From Clostridia bacterium (GTDB taxonomy: Bacteria; Bacillota; Clostridia; Oscillospirales; Acutalibacteraceae): a stretch of DNA of 46,060 nucleotides. The notes under the pieces were generated by a model. That model was given only the letters and a program-made list of their open reading frames with translations, searched no databases and was not told where the DNA came from. Shown here in pieces: positions 1-8,348 of the stretch (the first letter of the stretch is position 1; each line of letters starts with the position of its first letter). The stretch covers positions 1 through 46,060 of the forward strand of contig JAFTTE010000069.1 of the NCBI GenBank assembly GCA_017466905.1, written 5' to 3'. Position numbers and translations under genes: made by a program.

Positions 1-62
1 ATTAAATCTTTTATTGTATTCATATTAAGCTAAACCTCCGCTTTTTTAATTATATATTATTA

Positions 63-1112
63 TTATTCGTACTGCTTTAATGCCGCTGTTAAATCTTTTT
101 TCATTTGCTCTGCAAGGGAAGCAGGTGATAAAATTTTAATATGCAACGCATACTGCATTGCCCAGCGGCGCATAGCTTGTTCGTTAACTGTTACCCTGAC
201 AGTAATATCGTCTTCGGTTTCATCGGTGAAGGTTATGTCTTTACCAAACCAATCTAAAAGGTCGTTAAGAAGATATTTCTTCGCAGTAAATGTTACAGGT
301 ATGCTATCTCCCGAGAACATATATAAATGCTCTGCCATATGCTTCGGCAAATTAAAACCATTTTCAAGCCCCTTGACCTTATTTTGCGGCTTAACAGAAG
401 TATCAAGTAGTTTGATATTCGTAACGCGGTCAAGGCGGTAATTTGAAACATTATCGTATTTATCGTAATTACAAATAAGATAATATCTACCGTTGGTAGC
501 TGCAATCTGATACGGATTTATAATATATTCTTTCACGCTACCGTCATCATTCATAGCGGGGTGCATCTTTTTATCTGTTTCAAAATGGTTATAGTTAAAA
601 GAAACCTGCTTACCTTTAGAAATTGCCTCGTCAAGAATTTCAATCGTATAAAAAAGTTGGCGGTTATTCGGTGAATTATCAGGCAAGGTCTTTATATAAC
701 GCACACGGGATTTGAAATACTGATTTGAAAGCCCTTCCAGCTTGCCCACCAGCTCTTTGCACTGACTATATGGAATATGCTTTGAGAATAGCAGACCATC
801 AATAAGAAGCCTGAGTTCACTGTCGGAAAAATCACGTTCCAAATAAAAATCGGAAAGAATATAGCTTTCTTCAAGCTCTCCATCTTTATTTGGTATCATA
901 CGGAGCGCTTCGCTAAAATTAATATCATACCCAAACTCAATAAGGCTTTGAATGTTTCGCTTTATGCTCTTCCTGTCGGCCACCATATCGTATTCGCTTT
1001 TGAGAATTTCTACAATATCCTTTTGCGAAAGTCTATGCTCTGCGTCAGTATATCTGCGCAAAATATCGAGAATATTCATAATAAGTAGTTTTTTCGGTTT
1101 TGCTGATTTCAT
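63..1112 (-). CDS. WYL-domain transcriptional regulator (wHTH + WYL)
   Basis: ORF 63..1124. The N-terminus ILDILRRYTDAEHRLSQKDIVEIL is an HTH_11/DeoR-like wHTH. The centre has a WYL-type core (INPYQIAATNGRYYLICNYD..NYRLDRV). Start moved to ATG 1112, preceded by GGGTGA; ATG 1124 is the alternative. Confidence 0.8.
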   Translation of the reverse strand: MKSAKPKKLLIMNILDILRRYTDAEHRLSQKDIVEILKSEYDMVADRKSIKRNIQSLIEFGYDINFSEALRMIPNKDGELEESYILSDFYLERDFSDSELRLLIDGLLFSKHIPYSQCKELVGKLEGLSNQYFKSRVRYIKTLPDNSPNNRQLFYTIEILDEAISKGKQVSFNYNHFETDKKMHPAMNDDGSVKEYIINPYQIAATNGRYYLICNYDKYDNVSNYRLDRVTNIKLLDTSVKPQNKVKGLENGFNLPKHMAEHLYMFSGDSIPVTFTAKKYLLNDLLDWFGKDITFTDETEDDITVRVTVNEQAMRRWAMQYALHIKILSPASLAEQMKKDLTAALKQYE

Positions 1113-1127
1113 ATAATCACCCAATCC

Positions 1128-1156
1128 ATTATATCATCTGTGATTGTATAATACAA
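1128..1156 (-). promoter_or_regulatory. Candidate sigma-A promoter for the WYL gene
   Basis: Minus strand reads TTGTAT-17 nt-TATAAT. It lies just downstream of a 9-bp hairpin (CCCGATGGG/CCCATCGGG, 1159..1186) that separates it from the DnaB_C gene. Confidence 0.4.
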
Positions 1157-1193
1157 CACCCGATGGGCGAAAAATATCCCATCGGGCGCTTAA

Positions 1194-1985
1194 TTATTCT
1201 ATAAAGCTTTTTGTTTGGCCATCGTATTTAAACTGTATTGTTCCGAGCTCTCCGTTTTTATTTTTGCATATTATTAGTTCAGTGTCAGGAATGTTATCAT
1301 CTTGCTTTTTTACAGCATCAAAATAACTATCTCTATGCAATATCCAAACACTATCTGCAACAATAGGGTAAACATCGCTTAAAGTGGGGCGAAAACGGTT
1401 TTTTTGCATCTTCCCGGTCCACATACTGATAATTATCGGTATGTTTAGATTTTTGCAAAGGTTTCTAAGCATCATTAAATCTTTTTCAAAATCCTGTGAA
1501 ATTGCTTCTAAACCGTCAATTAAAACCATAGCAGGCTTTTTGCTGAAGAAAAGTATATTTTTTATGTTTTTGCACCCTTCACTGTAGTCAATTATTGTTA
1601 TTTTAAGTTGACTTATAACAGAAATTGCACCCACCATTTTGTTTAACGTTTCGGAATCATATATTCCATCGCTACCTTCTATATGAGTACCGCTGAGTTT
1701 TTGAATAAGGCGCTCGACAATTTGATGATTACTTAACTCGTTTGTAAAATAAAAGATTTCATTATCAGACGTTATTGCCGAATTGAGAAGCAGGTCTAGC
1801 ATAAATGTAGATTTCCCCATGCCAGGCATAGATGCAAGGCACATAAGATAGCCACTATTAAGATTGTTAAGACCTATTATACTATCAAGTTGTGCAAACC
1901 CTGTAGAAACAAGTTTATTGCCGGGCTTTTTTATATGGTTTTCCTGTGCAATTTCGTTGCATATCTCTTTTATATCCTTTATCAT
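1194..1985 (-). CDS. DnaB C-terminal (RecA-fold) domain ATPase lacking the helicase N-terminal domain
   Basis: 263 aa. STGFAQLDSIIGL plus Walker A SMPGMGKST and Walker B-like AMVLIDGLE match the DnaB_C layout. There is no N-terminal primase-interaction domain. RBS AAGGAGA lies upstream of the ATG. Confidence 0.75.
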   Translation of the reverse strand: MIKDIKEICNEIAQENHIKKPGNKLVSTGFAQLDSIIGLNNLNSGYLMCLASMPGMGKSTFMLDLLLNSAITSDNEIFYFTNELSNHQIVERLIQKLSGTHIEGSDGIYDSETLNKMVGAISVISQLKITIIDYSEGCKNIKNILFFSKKPAMVLIDGLEAISQDFEKDLMMLRNLCKNLNIPIIISMWTGKMQKNRFRPTLSDVYPIVADSVWILHRDSYFDAVKKQDDNIPDTELIICKNKNGELGTIQFKYDGQTKSFIE

Positions 1986-2000
1986 ATCCGTTCTCCTTGG

Positions 2001-2231
2001 TTACAGGGGCATTCTGATGTTGCCGTTCTCGGGAATATAATTATCGGGGTGGGATTTTTCTATATCAGGCGGCAAGAATTTAATTCCTTTCGCAATACAT
2101 TCTTTTGCAATATTCATGGCGTATTTTATTTTCAGATATCTTTCGGAGCATTCCCCGAAGATGCATTTTGTCTTAATAAGATAGCGGTCTATCTCTTCAA
2201 TGCCTTGTGGGATTGTAGTATATTCGATGGA
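2001..2231 (-). pseudogene. Short DnaE (Pol III alpha)-like fragment or small ORF
   Basis: A 76-codon open frame is bounded by TAG (2232..2234) and TAA (2001..2003). The only in-frame ATG is at 2117 (38 aa). It encodes ..IAKECIAKGIKFLPPDIEKSHPDNYIPENGNIRMPL, resembling the DnaE segment ..GIxVLPPDINxS..F....IRFGL. It stops 15 nt before the DnaB_C start. Confidence 0.35.
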
Positions 2232-2323
2232 CTAAAAACGGGACATACAATGTTCTATAATTAAAATAGAATACAAAGTTGAGAAAATCTAAAAAATATG
2301 GTATATATATTAAGGTGATTTAT

Positions 2324-3037
2324 ATGTCAGTATATGTAACTTCGGATCTTCATGGGCTTCCATTAGCCGATTTAAAGAGATTGCTTAATATCGTAAACTT
2401 TAATAATGATGATTGGCTGTTTATTTTGGGCGATGTAATTGATAGACAAAATGATGGCGGTGTTGAGATACTCAAATGGTTATTAGAACAGCCGAACGCT
2501 CAACTCATTCTCGGAAATCACGAGGCTATGCTACTTAGTTGTGATTTTGTCTTTGAGGAAGTTACAGATGAAAGCATAGAGAATTTTACTAAAGAAAAAA
2601 TGGAGCTTTTGATGAACTATACGCAAAATGGCGGAGATGTTACACTAAAGGCTCTTAGAGGCTTGATGCAAACCGAACCCGATACATTAGCAGATATTCT
2701 TGACTACTTGCGTGATGCGCCACTTTATGAAACTGTAAGTGTTGGTAATAAGGATTTTTTGTTAGTGCACGCAGGTCTTGATAATTTTGATAAAAACAAA
2801 AAGCTTGCTGACTATACTGTCGACGAACTTATTTGGGCTTGGCCGAAAATTACGGATGAATACTTTGATGATGTTATAACGGTTTTTGGTCACACTCCCA
2901 CCATGTCTTATGACCACGCAAACAAAGGTAAAATATTAAAAACAAAAACATGGATAGATATCGATGTGGGAGTACCGTACGGAAATTCATCCATGTTATT
3001 AAGATTAGATGACCTTAAAGAATTCTATTTGTTTTAA
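2324..3037 (+). CDS. Metallophosphoesterase (PPP-family Ser/Thr phosphatase, ApaH/PrpE-like)
   Basis: Motifs SDLHG, GDVIDR and GNHE, with a later VHAG and GHTP. Start set at ATG 2324 after AAGGTGA; the ORF track begins at 2279. Confidence 0.85.
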   Translation: MSVYVTSDLHGLPLADLKRLLNIVNFNNDDWLFILGDVIDRQNDGGVEILKWLLEQPNAQLILGNHEAMLLSCDFVFEEVTDESIENFTKEKMELLMNYTQNGGDVTLKALRGLMQTEPDTLADILDYLRDAPLYETVSVGNKDFLLVHAGLDNFDKNKKLADYTVDELIWAWPKITDEYFDDVITVFGHTPTMSYDHANKGKILKTKTWIDIDVGVPYGNSSMLLRLDDLKEFYLF

Positions 3038-3168
3038 TTATCTCTCCTCAAAACGGGAATTTTTTCATTTAATCAAAAATGTGTGCTAAATTAGTAAGTT
3101 TTTACTGATTTACCCCTACAATTAATGTTTTCTTGAAAGTCATATATAACTTTTTTATAATTTTATCC

Positions 3169-3200
3169 AAAGAGTCGCTTTTAGCGGCTCTTTATTTTTT
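3169..3200 (+). terminator. Rho-independent terminator
   Basis: AAAGAGTCGC-TTTTA-GCGGCTCTTT followed by ATTTTTT. Confidence 0.55.
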
Positions 3201-3336
3201 ATAAAAGAGGTTAAAAGTATGAAAGAAAACATTGTATGAGTTCAAGCACAATTTCTAACAAATTTCTAACAGATTTTTGGTAGAAATACTCTCGTTTTTG
3301 ACATTGTAAACGCTTGGATTTTGAGGGGTTTCAGAC

Positions 3337-3379
3337 AAAGAAAATCTCTCAAACCCACATAAACACTGGGTTTGAGAGA
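3337..3379 (-). terminator. Terminator of the tRNA-Leu transcription unit (member of the conserved-loop hairpin family)
   Basis: The minus strand, directly after the tRNA CCA, reads TCTCTCAAACCCA-GTGTTTATG-TGGGTTTGAGAGA followed by TTTTCTTTG. The stem is 13 bp. Confidence 0.7.
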
Positions 3380-3382
3380 TGG

Positions 3383-3469
3383 TGGTGCGGATAACAGGAC
3401 TTGAACCTGCACCGAGTTGCCCCGACTAGAACCTGAATCTAGCGCGTCTGCCAATTCCGCCATATCCGC
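3383..3469 (-). tRNA. tRNA-Leu, anticodon CAG
   Basis: Minus strand GCGGATATGGCGGAATTGGCAGACGCGCTAGATTCAGGTTCTAGTCGGGGCAACTCGGTGCAGGTTCAAGTCCTGTTATCCGCACCA. Acceptor stem GCGGATA/TATCCGC, anticodon stem CTAGA/TCTAG with loop TTCAGGT, long variable arm, T-arm GGTTCAAGTCC and encoded CCA. Confidence 0.95.
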
Positions 3470-3484
3470 ATATTAAATTATTTT

Positions 3485-3632
3485 GGGGGCAGCCGCGCCC
3501 CGCGTGACTCTTGCGGTGCCCGACGACTCGATACGACCGTATCTCGCTTGTCGACCGCGGCGCCTTTTTGCCTCTCGCTGCATCACCCACTGGGTGCGCT
3601 CGGGCAAAAACTGCCTATTCCGCCATACCCGC
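3485..3632 (-). ncRNA. GC-rich structured RNA candidate with a tRNA-Leu-like 5' end (class unknown)
   Basis: It starts GCGGGTATGGCGGAATAGGCAG, which is 20/22 identical to the 5' end of the adjacent tRNA-Leu, then diverges. Visible helices are TTTTTGCC/GGCAAAAA, CACC/GGTG, GATAC-GGTC-GTATC and GGGGC-GCGGCT-GCCCC. It is markedly GC-rich in AT-rich surroundings and sits between a good promoter and the tRNA. Confidence 0.35.
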
Positions 3633-3652
3633 ATATTGAATTTGCAAAAGTA

Positions 3653-3681
3653 ATTATACATAAATGTTAATTAAAAGTCAA
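3653..3681 (-). promoter_or_regulatory. Sigma-A type promoter of the GC-rich RNA / tRNA-Leu unit
   Basis: Minus strand TTGACT-17 nt-TATAAT, about 20 nt upstream of GCGGGTATGG. Confidence 0.55.
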
Positions 3682-3704
3682 GATTATAAACTCAAAAATT
3701 ACAA

Positions 3705-4364
3705 TTACAGCAATTCAAAATTGTTTTTGCTAAAGGCAATCAGCCCTTCGTCACGCAGTTTGCATAGCTCGTTAGACATTGCGCTACGGTCTACCGACAA
3801 AAAATCGGCAAGTTGTTGTCGATTAAACGGTATAGAAAAGCTGCTGCTATTTTGACGCTTTGATTCTGCCGAAAGGTAAGAAATTAATTTTTCACGTGTG
3901 GTACGTTTATGCATATGCGAAAGTTTTTGCACAAGCTTTCTGTTTTTTTCTGACATTGCAAAAAGCAGATTTTGCGCCACAGCCGAGTGAAAACGGCAGG
4001 TGTTAGAACAAGTTGTTACCATACAAGTGACGTTAAAAAATATTACTGCGCTGTCCTCGAGTGCGACAACATCGTTGATCAGCGTGTCGCTTTGCGGTGC
4101 AATATATGCCTCACCAAACATCTCACCCACTGCAATATCACCGATTATACTGCGGTTGCCCCAATAATCATCATTCTGAATATGTAGTTTGCCCTCTACT
4201 AAAACAGCAAGACTTCCCACACGCTCACCTTCGCGCAGGACATACTCGCCTTTTTTGTAGTATTTAAGCCTTGCATCAAGACAGGATAGCATCGACTCTA
4301 TCTCGCTTTCGTTTACCCCTGAAAAAAGTTGTGTTCTTTTTAAAATTGGTATGTATTTTTTCAT
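3705..4364 (-). CDS. Crp/Fnr-family transcriptional regulator (cNMP-binding domain + C-terminal HTH)
   Basis: LFSGV..E.. cNMP-type beta-barrel at the N-terminus and C-terminal HTH (RQQLADFLSVDRSAMSNELCKLRDEG). Start set at ATG 4364 (MKKYIPIL) after GAGGG; the ORF track begins at 4436. Confidence 0.85.
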   Translation of the reverse strand: MKKYIPILKRTQLFSGVNESEIESMLSCLDARLKYYKKGEYVLREGERVGSLAVLVEGKLHIQNDDYWGNRSIIGDIAVGEMFGEAYIAPQSDTLINDVVALEDSAVIFFNVTCMVTTCSNTCRFHSAVAQNLLFAMSEKNRKLVQKLSHMHKRTTREKLISYLSAESKRQNSSSFSIPFNRQQLADFLSVDRSAMSNELCKLRDEGLIAFSKNNFELL

Positions 4365-4450
4365 AAATTCCCTCTTTTGTTGTAAAAACAACCGATTTGT
4401 TTTATTTATTATATTATAATATCCTCGCAAAATCAAGAGAGGTGCAAAAA

Positions 4451-5146
4451 ATGATTAGAAAAATTATTAAAATAAATGAAGAAAAATGCAACGGTTGCGG
4501 CGCTTGCGCTGCCGCCTGTCACGAAGGCGCAATTGAAATGGTGAATGGCAAGGCGCATCTTACCCGTGAGGATTATTGTGACGGCCTTGGCGACTGTCTG
4601 CCCGCTTGCCCCACGGGTGCCATATCTTTTGAGGAGCGCGAAGCCCCTGCTTATAACGAAGAGGCGGTAAGACAAGCCAAAATGCAGAAATTCGGCGTTA
4701 AACTGCCCTGCGGTTGCCCCGGTACAGCATCAAAAGCCATTAAGCGCGAGGCGATATCATCTACGGTCCCCGCCCAAATTACAAGTCAGCTTTCGCAGTG
4801 GCCTTGCCAGATAAAACTTGTACCTGTAAACGCGCCATATTTTGATGGAGCAAAGCTTCTTATTGCGGCTGATTGCACAGCCTTTGCTTACGGCAATTTT
4901 CATAACGAATTCATCCGCAATCACATCACGCTTATCGGTTGCCCAAAGCTTGACGAGGGTGACTATTCCGAAAAACTGACCGCTATTATCGCTAACAACG
5001 ATATTAAGAGCGTAACCGTTGCGCGTATGGAAGTACCCTGCTGCGGCGGTATAGAAAACGCTGTAAAACGCGCGTTGCAAGCAAGCGGCAAGTTTATACC
5101 TTGGCGAGTGATTACAATCTCCACCGATGGCAAAATATTAGATTAA
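4451..5146 (+). CDS. 4Fe-4S dicluster ferredoxin-domain protein with Cys-rich C-terminal domain
   Basis: CNGCGACAAAC and CDGLGDCLPACP cluster motifs, plus further Cys pairs (CGCPG, PCCGG). Start at ATG 4451 after AGAGAGGTG. Confidence 0.8.
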   Translation: MIRKIIKINEEKCNGCGACAAACHEGAIEMVNGKAHLTREDYCDGLGDCLPACPTGAISFEEREAPAYNEEAVRQAKMQKFGVKLPCGCPGTASKAIKREAISSTVPAQITSQLSQWPCQIKLVPVNAPYFDGAKLLIAADCTAFAYGNFHNEFIRNHITLIGCPKLDEGDYSEKLTAIIANNDIKSVTVARMEVPCCGGIENAVKRALQASGKFIPWRVITISTDGKILD

Positions 5147-5169
5147 AAACAAATTTTATCTGATTTGCA

Positions 5170-5199
5170 TTGACAAAACGGTAATATATATATTATAAT
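5170..5199 (+). promoter_or_regulatory. Candidate sigma-A promoter of pflBA
   Basis: TTGACA (5170..5175), an 18-nt spacer, then TATAAT (5194..5199). Confidence 0.5.
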
Positions 5200-5217
5200 A
5201 CTATTCGTAAAATAATG

Positions 5218-5291
5218 CTTTTACATAACTGACGGATTTTGCGCGCTTACGCAAGGGGAATGTAAAAGAATTTTTGCCGACCGTCTGGGCA
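5218..5291 (+). promoter_or_regulatory. ZTP (pfl-motif) riboswitch aptamer
   Basis: P1 is CTTTTACAT (5218..5226)/ATGTAAAAG (5260..5268). It encloses ACTGACGGA and the hairpin TTGCG-CGCTTA-CGCAA. The 3' subdomain is GCCGACCGTCTGGGCA (5276..5291). This matches the conserved ACUGGCG / CCGCCUGGGC cores with a compensatory GACGG:CCGTC pseudoknot. It lies directly upstream of pflB, the family's namesake context. Confidence 0.85.
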
Positions 5292-5323
5292 AGTCAGTAA
5301 ACCCGCTGATTTGCTCTTTTTTT
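5289..5323 (+). terminator. Riboswitch expression-platform terminator
   Basis: GCAAGTCAG (5289..5297) pairs with CTGATTTGC (5306..5314), followed by TCTTTTTTT. The 5' arm overlaps the aptamer 3' end, so ligand binding should prevent termination (ON switch). Confidence 0.75.
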
Positions 5324-5355
5324 GCGACAAACAGTAAGTAATGGAGGAATAATAT

Positions 5356-7587
5356 ATGCAACACGAAAATTGGAATGGATTTAAAGCAGGTGTCTGGCAG
5401 GATGAAATCAATGTCCGCGATTTTATTCAAGCTAACTATACCGAATACACGGGCGACGACTCGTTTCTTTCAGGCGCTACTGAGCGAACAAATGCTTTGA
5501 TGAAAAAGGTTCAGGCGCTTTTTGCGCTTGAGCGTCAGTTTGGCGGTGTGCTTGATATTGATACCGCAACCGTATCTTCACTCACTACCTTTTCACCGGG
5601 ATATATTGATAAGGAAAATGAAATTATCGTAGGTATGCAGACCAACCGTCCGCTAAAGCGCGGTGTTAGCCCCTTTGGCGGTATCCGTATGGCGCGTCAG
5701 GCTTGTGAGGCATACGGCTACAAGCTTTCCGAAACTATCGAGGATGAATTCAAATTCAGAACCACACACAACGAGGGCGTTTTCCGTGCCTACACCGACG
5801 AAATGCGTCTTGCTCGTCGCTGCCACGTTATTACAGGTCTGCCCGACGCTTACGGCCGCGGCCGTATTATTGGTGACTACCGCCGTGTAGCGCTTTACGG
5901 TGTGGACAGACTTATTGAAGAAAAGAAAAAAGACAAGGCTGCAATGGCTGAAAAGCCCTTTGTTGCTGAAAACATTAAAATAAGCGGCGAGCTTTTTAAG
6001 CAGATTAACTTCCTTGGCAAGCTTAAAGATATGGCTGCTATGTACGGCTATGATATCAGCGGTCCTGCGCGTGACTCGCGCGAAGCGGTTCAGTGGACAT
6101 ACTTTGCGTATCTTGCCGCTATTAAAGAGCAAAACGGCGCCGCTATGTCACTTGGCCGTGTGGCTACCTTCTTTGACATTTATATGGAGCGGGATATCAA
6201 AAACGGAACTCTTACCGAAGAAGGCGCACAGGAACTGTTTGACGATTTTGTTATCAAACTTCGTATTGCGCGTCACCTTCGTACGCCCGAATACAACGAG
6301 CTTTTCGGCGGCGACCCAATGTGGATTACCGAGGCCGTTGGCGGTATGGGCGAAGACGGCAGAACACTTGTATCAAAGAGCAGCTTCCGCGTGCTCAACA
6401 CCCTTTATACACTTGGTTCTTCACCCGAGCCTAACCTTACGGTTTTGTGGTCAAAGAAGTTGCCCGAAGGCTTTAAAAAATTCTGCGCAAAGGTTTCAAA
6501 AGACACCGACTCTATTCAGTACGAAAATGACGATATTATGCGTCCTATCTATGGTGACGACTATGCTATTGCTTGCTGCGTATCAGCAATGAAGCTCGGC
6601 AAACAGATGCAGTTCTTTGGTGCGCGTTGCAACCTTGCAAAACTCTTAAACATCGCGCTTAACGGTGGTTATGACGCTATGAGCGGCATCCATATCGGTC
6701 CTCAGATGGAACCGATTTCTGGTGACAAGCTTGACTTTGACACCGTTATGGAGCGTTATGATATTTACATTCAGTGGCTTTCACAGTTGTATGTAAAGAC
6801 TATGAACGTTATTCACTATATGCACGATGAATATTGCTACGAAAAGGTGCAGATGGCGCTTCACGATACCGAGGTTGAACGTCTTATGGCGTTTGGTATT
6901 GCGGGTCTTTCGGTTGTTGCCGATTCGCTCAGCGCTATCAAGTTTGGGTGTGTTAAGCCCATCAGAAACGATGAAGGCTTTATTGTTGATTACGAAACCA
7001 CGGGCGAATTCCCGAAATTTGGTAACGACGATGACCGCGTTGACAGCTTAGCACAAGATATGACCCACCGCTTTATTGAAGCGCTTCGCAAGACCGAGAC
7101 ATATCGCCATGCAGTGCACACACTTTCCGTGCTTACTATTACGTCTAACGTTATGTACGGTAAAAACACAGGCGCTACCCCCGACGGCAGAAAATCGGGC
7201 GAGCCGTTTGCACCTGGCGCAAACCCCATGCACAACCGTGAAGAAAACGGCGCGTTGGCTTCACTTAACTCGGTTGCAAAAATCAGTTATGACGATTGCC
7301 GCGACGGTGTGTCAAACACATTCTCTATCACGCCTGAGGCGCTTGGTAAAACCGACGATGAACGTGTAAACAACCTGGTAGGTATTCTTGACGGCTATTT
7401 TGCTAAAAAGGCTCATCATATAAACGTAAACGTGCTTAACCGCGAAACGCTTTTAGATGCTTATGAAAATCCCGAAAACTACCCCAACCTTACTATTCGT
7501 GTATCGGGTTATGCGGTTAACTTTAACAAGCTTTCCCGTGAGCATCAGCGCGAGGTTATAAGCCGTACCTTCCACACCGTATTATGA
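5356..7587 (+). CDS. pflB: Pyruvate formate-lyase (formate C-acetyltransferase)
   Basis: 743 aa. Glycyl-radical motif RVSGYAVNF near the C-terminus and catalytic Cys pair (IACCVSAM). RBS GGAGGA. Confidence 0.95.
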   Translation: MQHENWNGFKAGVWQDEINVRDFIQANYTEYTGDDSFLSGATERTNALMKKVQALFALERQFGGVLDIDTATVSSLTTFSPGYIDKENEIIVGMQTNRPLKRGVSPFGGIRMARQACEAYGYKLSETIEDEFKFRTTHNEGVFRAYTDEMRLARRCHVITGLPDAYGRGRIIGDYRRVALYGVDRLIEEKKKDKAAMAEKPFVAENIKISGELFKQINFLGKLKDMAAMYGYDISGPARDSREAVQWTYFAYLAAIKEQNGAAMSLGRVATFFDIYMERDIKNGTLTEEGAQELFDDFVIKLRIARHLRTPEYNELFGGDPMWITEAVGGMGEDGRTLVSKSSFRVLNTLYTLGSSPEPNLTVLWSKKLPEGFKKFCAKVSKDTDSIQYENDDIMRPIYGDDYAIACCVSAMKLGKQMQFFGARCNLAKLLNIALNGGYDAMSGIHIGPQMEPISGDKLDFDTVMERYDIYIQWLSQLYVKTMNVIHYMHDEYCYEKVQMALHDTEVERLMAFGIAGLSVVADSLSAIKFGCVKPIRNDEGFIVDYETTGEFPKFGNDDDRVDSLAQDMTHRFIEALRKTETYRHAVHTLSVLTITSNVMYGKNTGATPDGRKSGEPFAPGANPMHNREENGALASLNSVAKISYDDCRDGVSNTFSITPEALGKTDDERVNNLVGILDGYFAKKAHHINVNVLNRETLLDAYENPENYPNLTIRVSGYAVNFNKLSREHQREVISRTFHTVL

Positions 7588-8285
7588 TAAAAGGCAATAT
7601 ACACTCTATTCAAAGTCTTGGTACGGTAGATGGTCCTGGCATTCGCTTTGTGGTGTTTTTGCAGGGCTGTAATCTGCGATGCGGTTGCTGTCATAACCCT
7701 GATACTTGGGGATTTGACGGCGGCACACAGTACACGCCGCAAGAAATTGTTGATAAAGTAATTCGCTACAAAGAGTATTTTGGTGAAGCAGGCGGCATAA
7801 CCCTTTCGGGTGGCGAGCCGACTGGCCAAGCCGAATTTGCATACGAGGTTTTTGACCTTTGTCACAAAGAGGGTATTAACACCTGTCTTGATACATCGGG
7901 CAGTATACTAAATGAAGATGTCAAAAAGCTACTCACGGTCACCGACCGCGTGTTGCTTGATATTAAGTACACGAGCGACGAGCAATACCGTGAGTTTGCA
8001 GGTTGCGGCATTGATAAACCACTTGAATTTCTGGCGTACCTTGAGCACCAAAAAATCCCCGTTACTCTGCGGCAGGTAATTATACCAACCCTTACAGATA
8101 ACGAGGACAATGTTAAAAGACTAAAAGATATTGCAGATGAGCACGCTATGGTAGACAAAATCGAGCTTTTACCCTTTAGAAAAATCTGCGTGAGCAAGTA
8201 TGACAATATGGGGCTCGAGTTTAAATTTGGTCACCTACCCGAGCCAACACACGAAAAAATGCAGCAACTTAATAAACTTATATAA
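7584..8285 (+). CDS. pflA: Pyruvate formate-lyase activating enzyme (radical SAM)
   Basis: [10 protein letters not shown] radical-SAM cluster motif, [10 protein letters not shown], and a 4-nt overlap with pflB. Confidence 0.93.
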   Translation: MIKGNIHSIQSLGTVDGPGIRFVVFLQGCNLRCGCCHNPDTWGFDGGTQYTPQEIVDKVIRYKEYFGEAGGITLSGGEPTGQAEFAYEVFDLCHKEGINTCLDTSGSILNEDVKKLLTVTDRVLLDIKYTSDEQYREFAGCGIDKPLEFLAYLEHQKIPVTLRQVIIPTLTDNEDNVKRLKDIADEHAMVDKIELLPFRKICVSKYDNMGLEFKFGHLPEPTHEKMQQLNKLI

Positions 8286-8292
8286 ATTCTTG

Positions 8293-8321
8293 CCTCCCTC
8301 TGACGAGGGAGGTGGATTTTT
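8293..8321 (+). terminator. Rho-independent terminator after pflA
   Basis: CCTCCCTC-TGAC-GAGGGAGG followed by TGGATTTTT. Confidence 0.7.
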
Positions 8322-8348
8322 GCAAAGCAAAAAGACGGAGGGAGAGAG

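Noticed and set aside
1890-2264. 124-aa ORF on the plus strand
   Set aside because: It is antisense to the DnaB_C start and the DnaE-like frame. It has no RBS and an odd Cys/Phe-rich composition.
3485-3632. Identification of the GC-rich RNA as SRP RNA, 6S, tmRNA, RNase P, 5S or tRNA-Sec
   Set aside because: It lacks the hallmark sequences (GGAAG..AGCAG domain IV, tmRNA acceptor/tag region, GAGGAAAGUCC, CCGAACACGGAAGUUAAG). It also has no 3' strand complementary to its acceptor-like 5' end.
3266-3661. ORFs 3266..3463 (-) and 3473..3661 (-)
   Set aside because: They are read straight through the tRNA-Leu gene, its terminator and the GC-rich RNA candidate. They have no RBS, and their composition is explained by RNA structure.
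5653-7865. Multiple 60-190 aa ORFs inside or antisense to pflB and pflA (e.g. 5653..6132, 6014..6592, 7545..7865)
   Set aside because: They lie wholly within strongly supported pfl genes in alternative frames. They are typical shadow ORFs.
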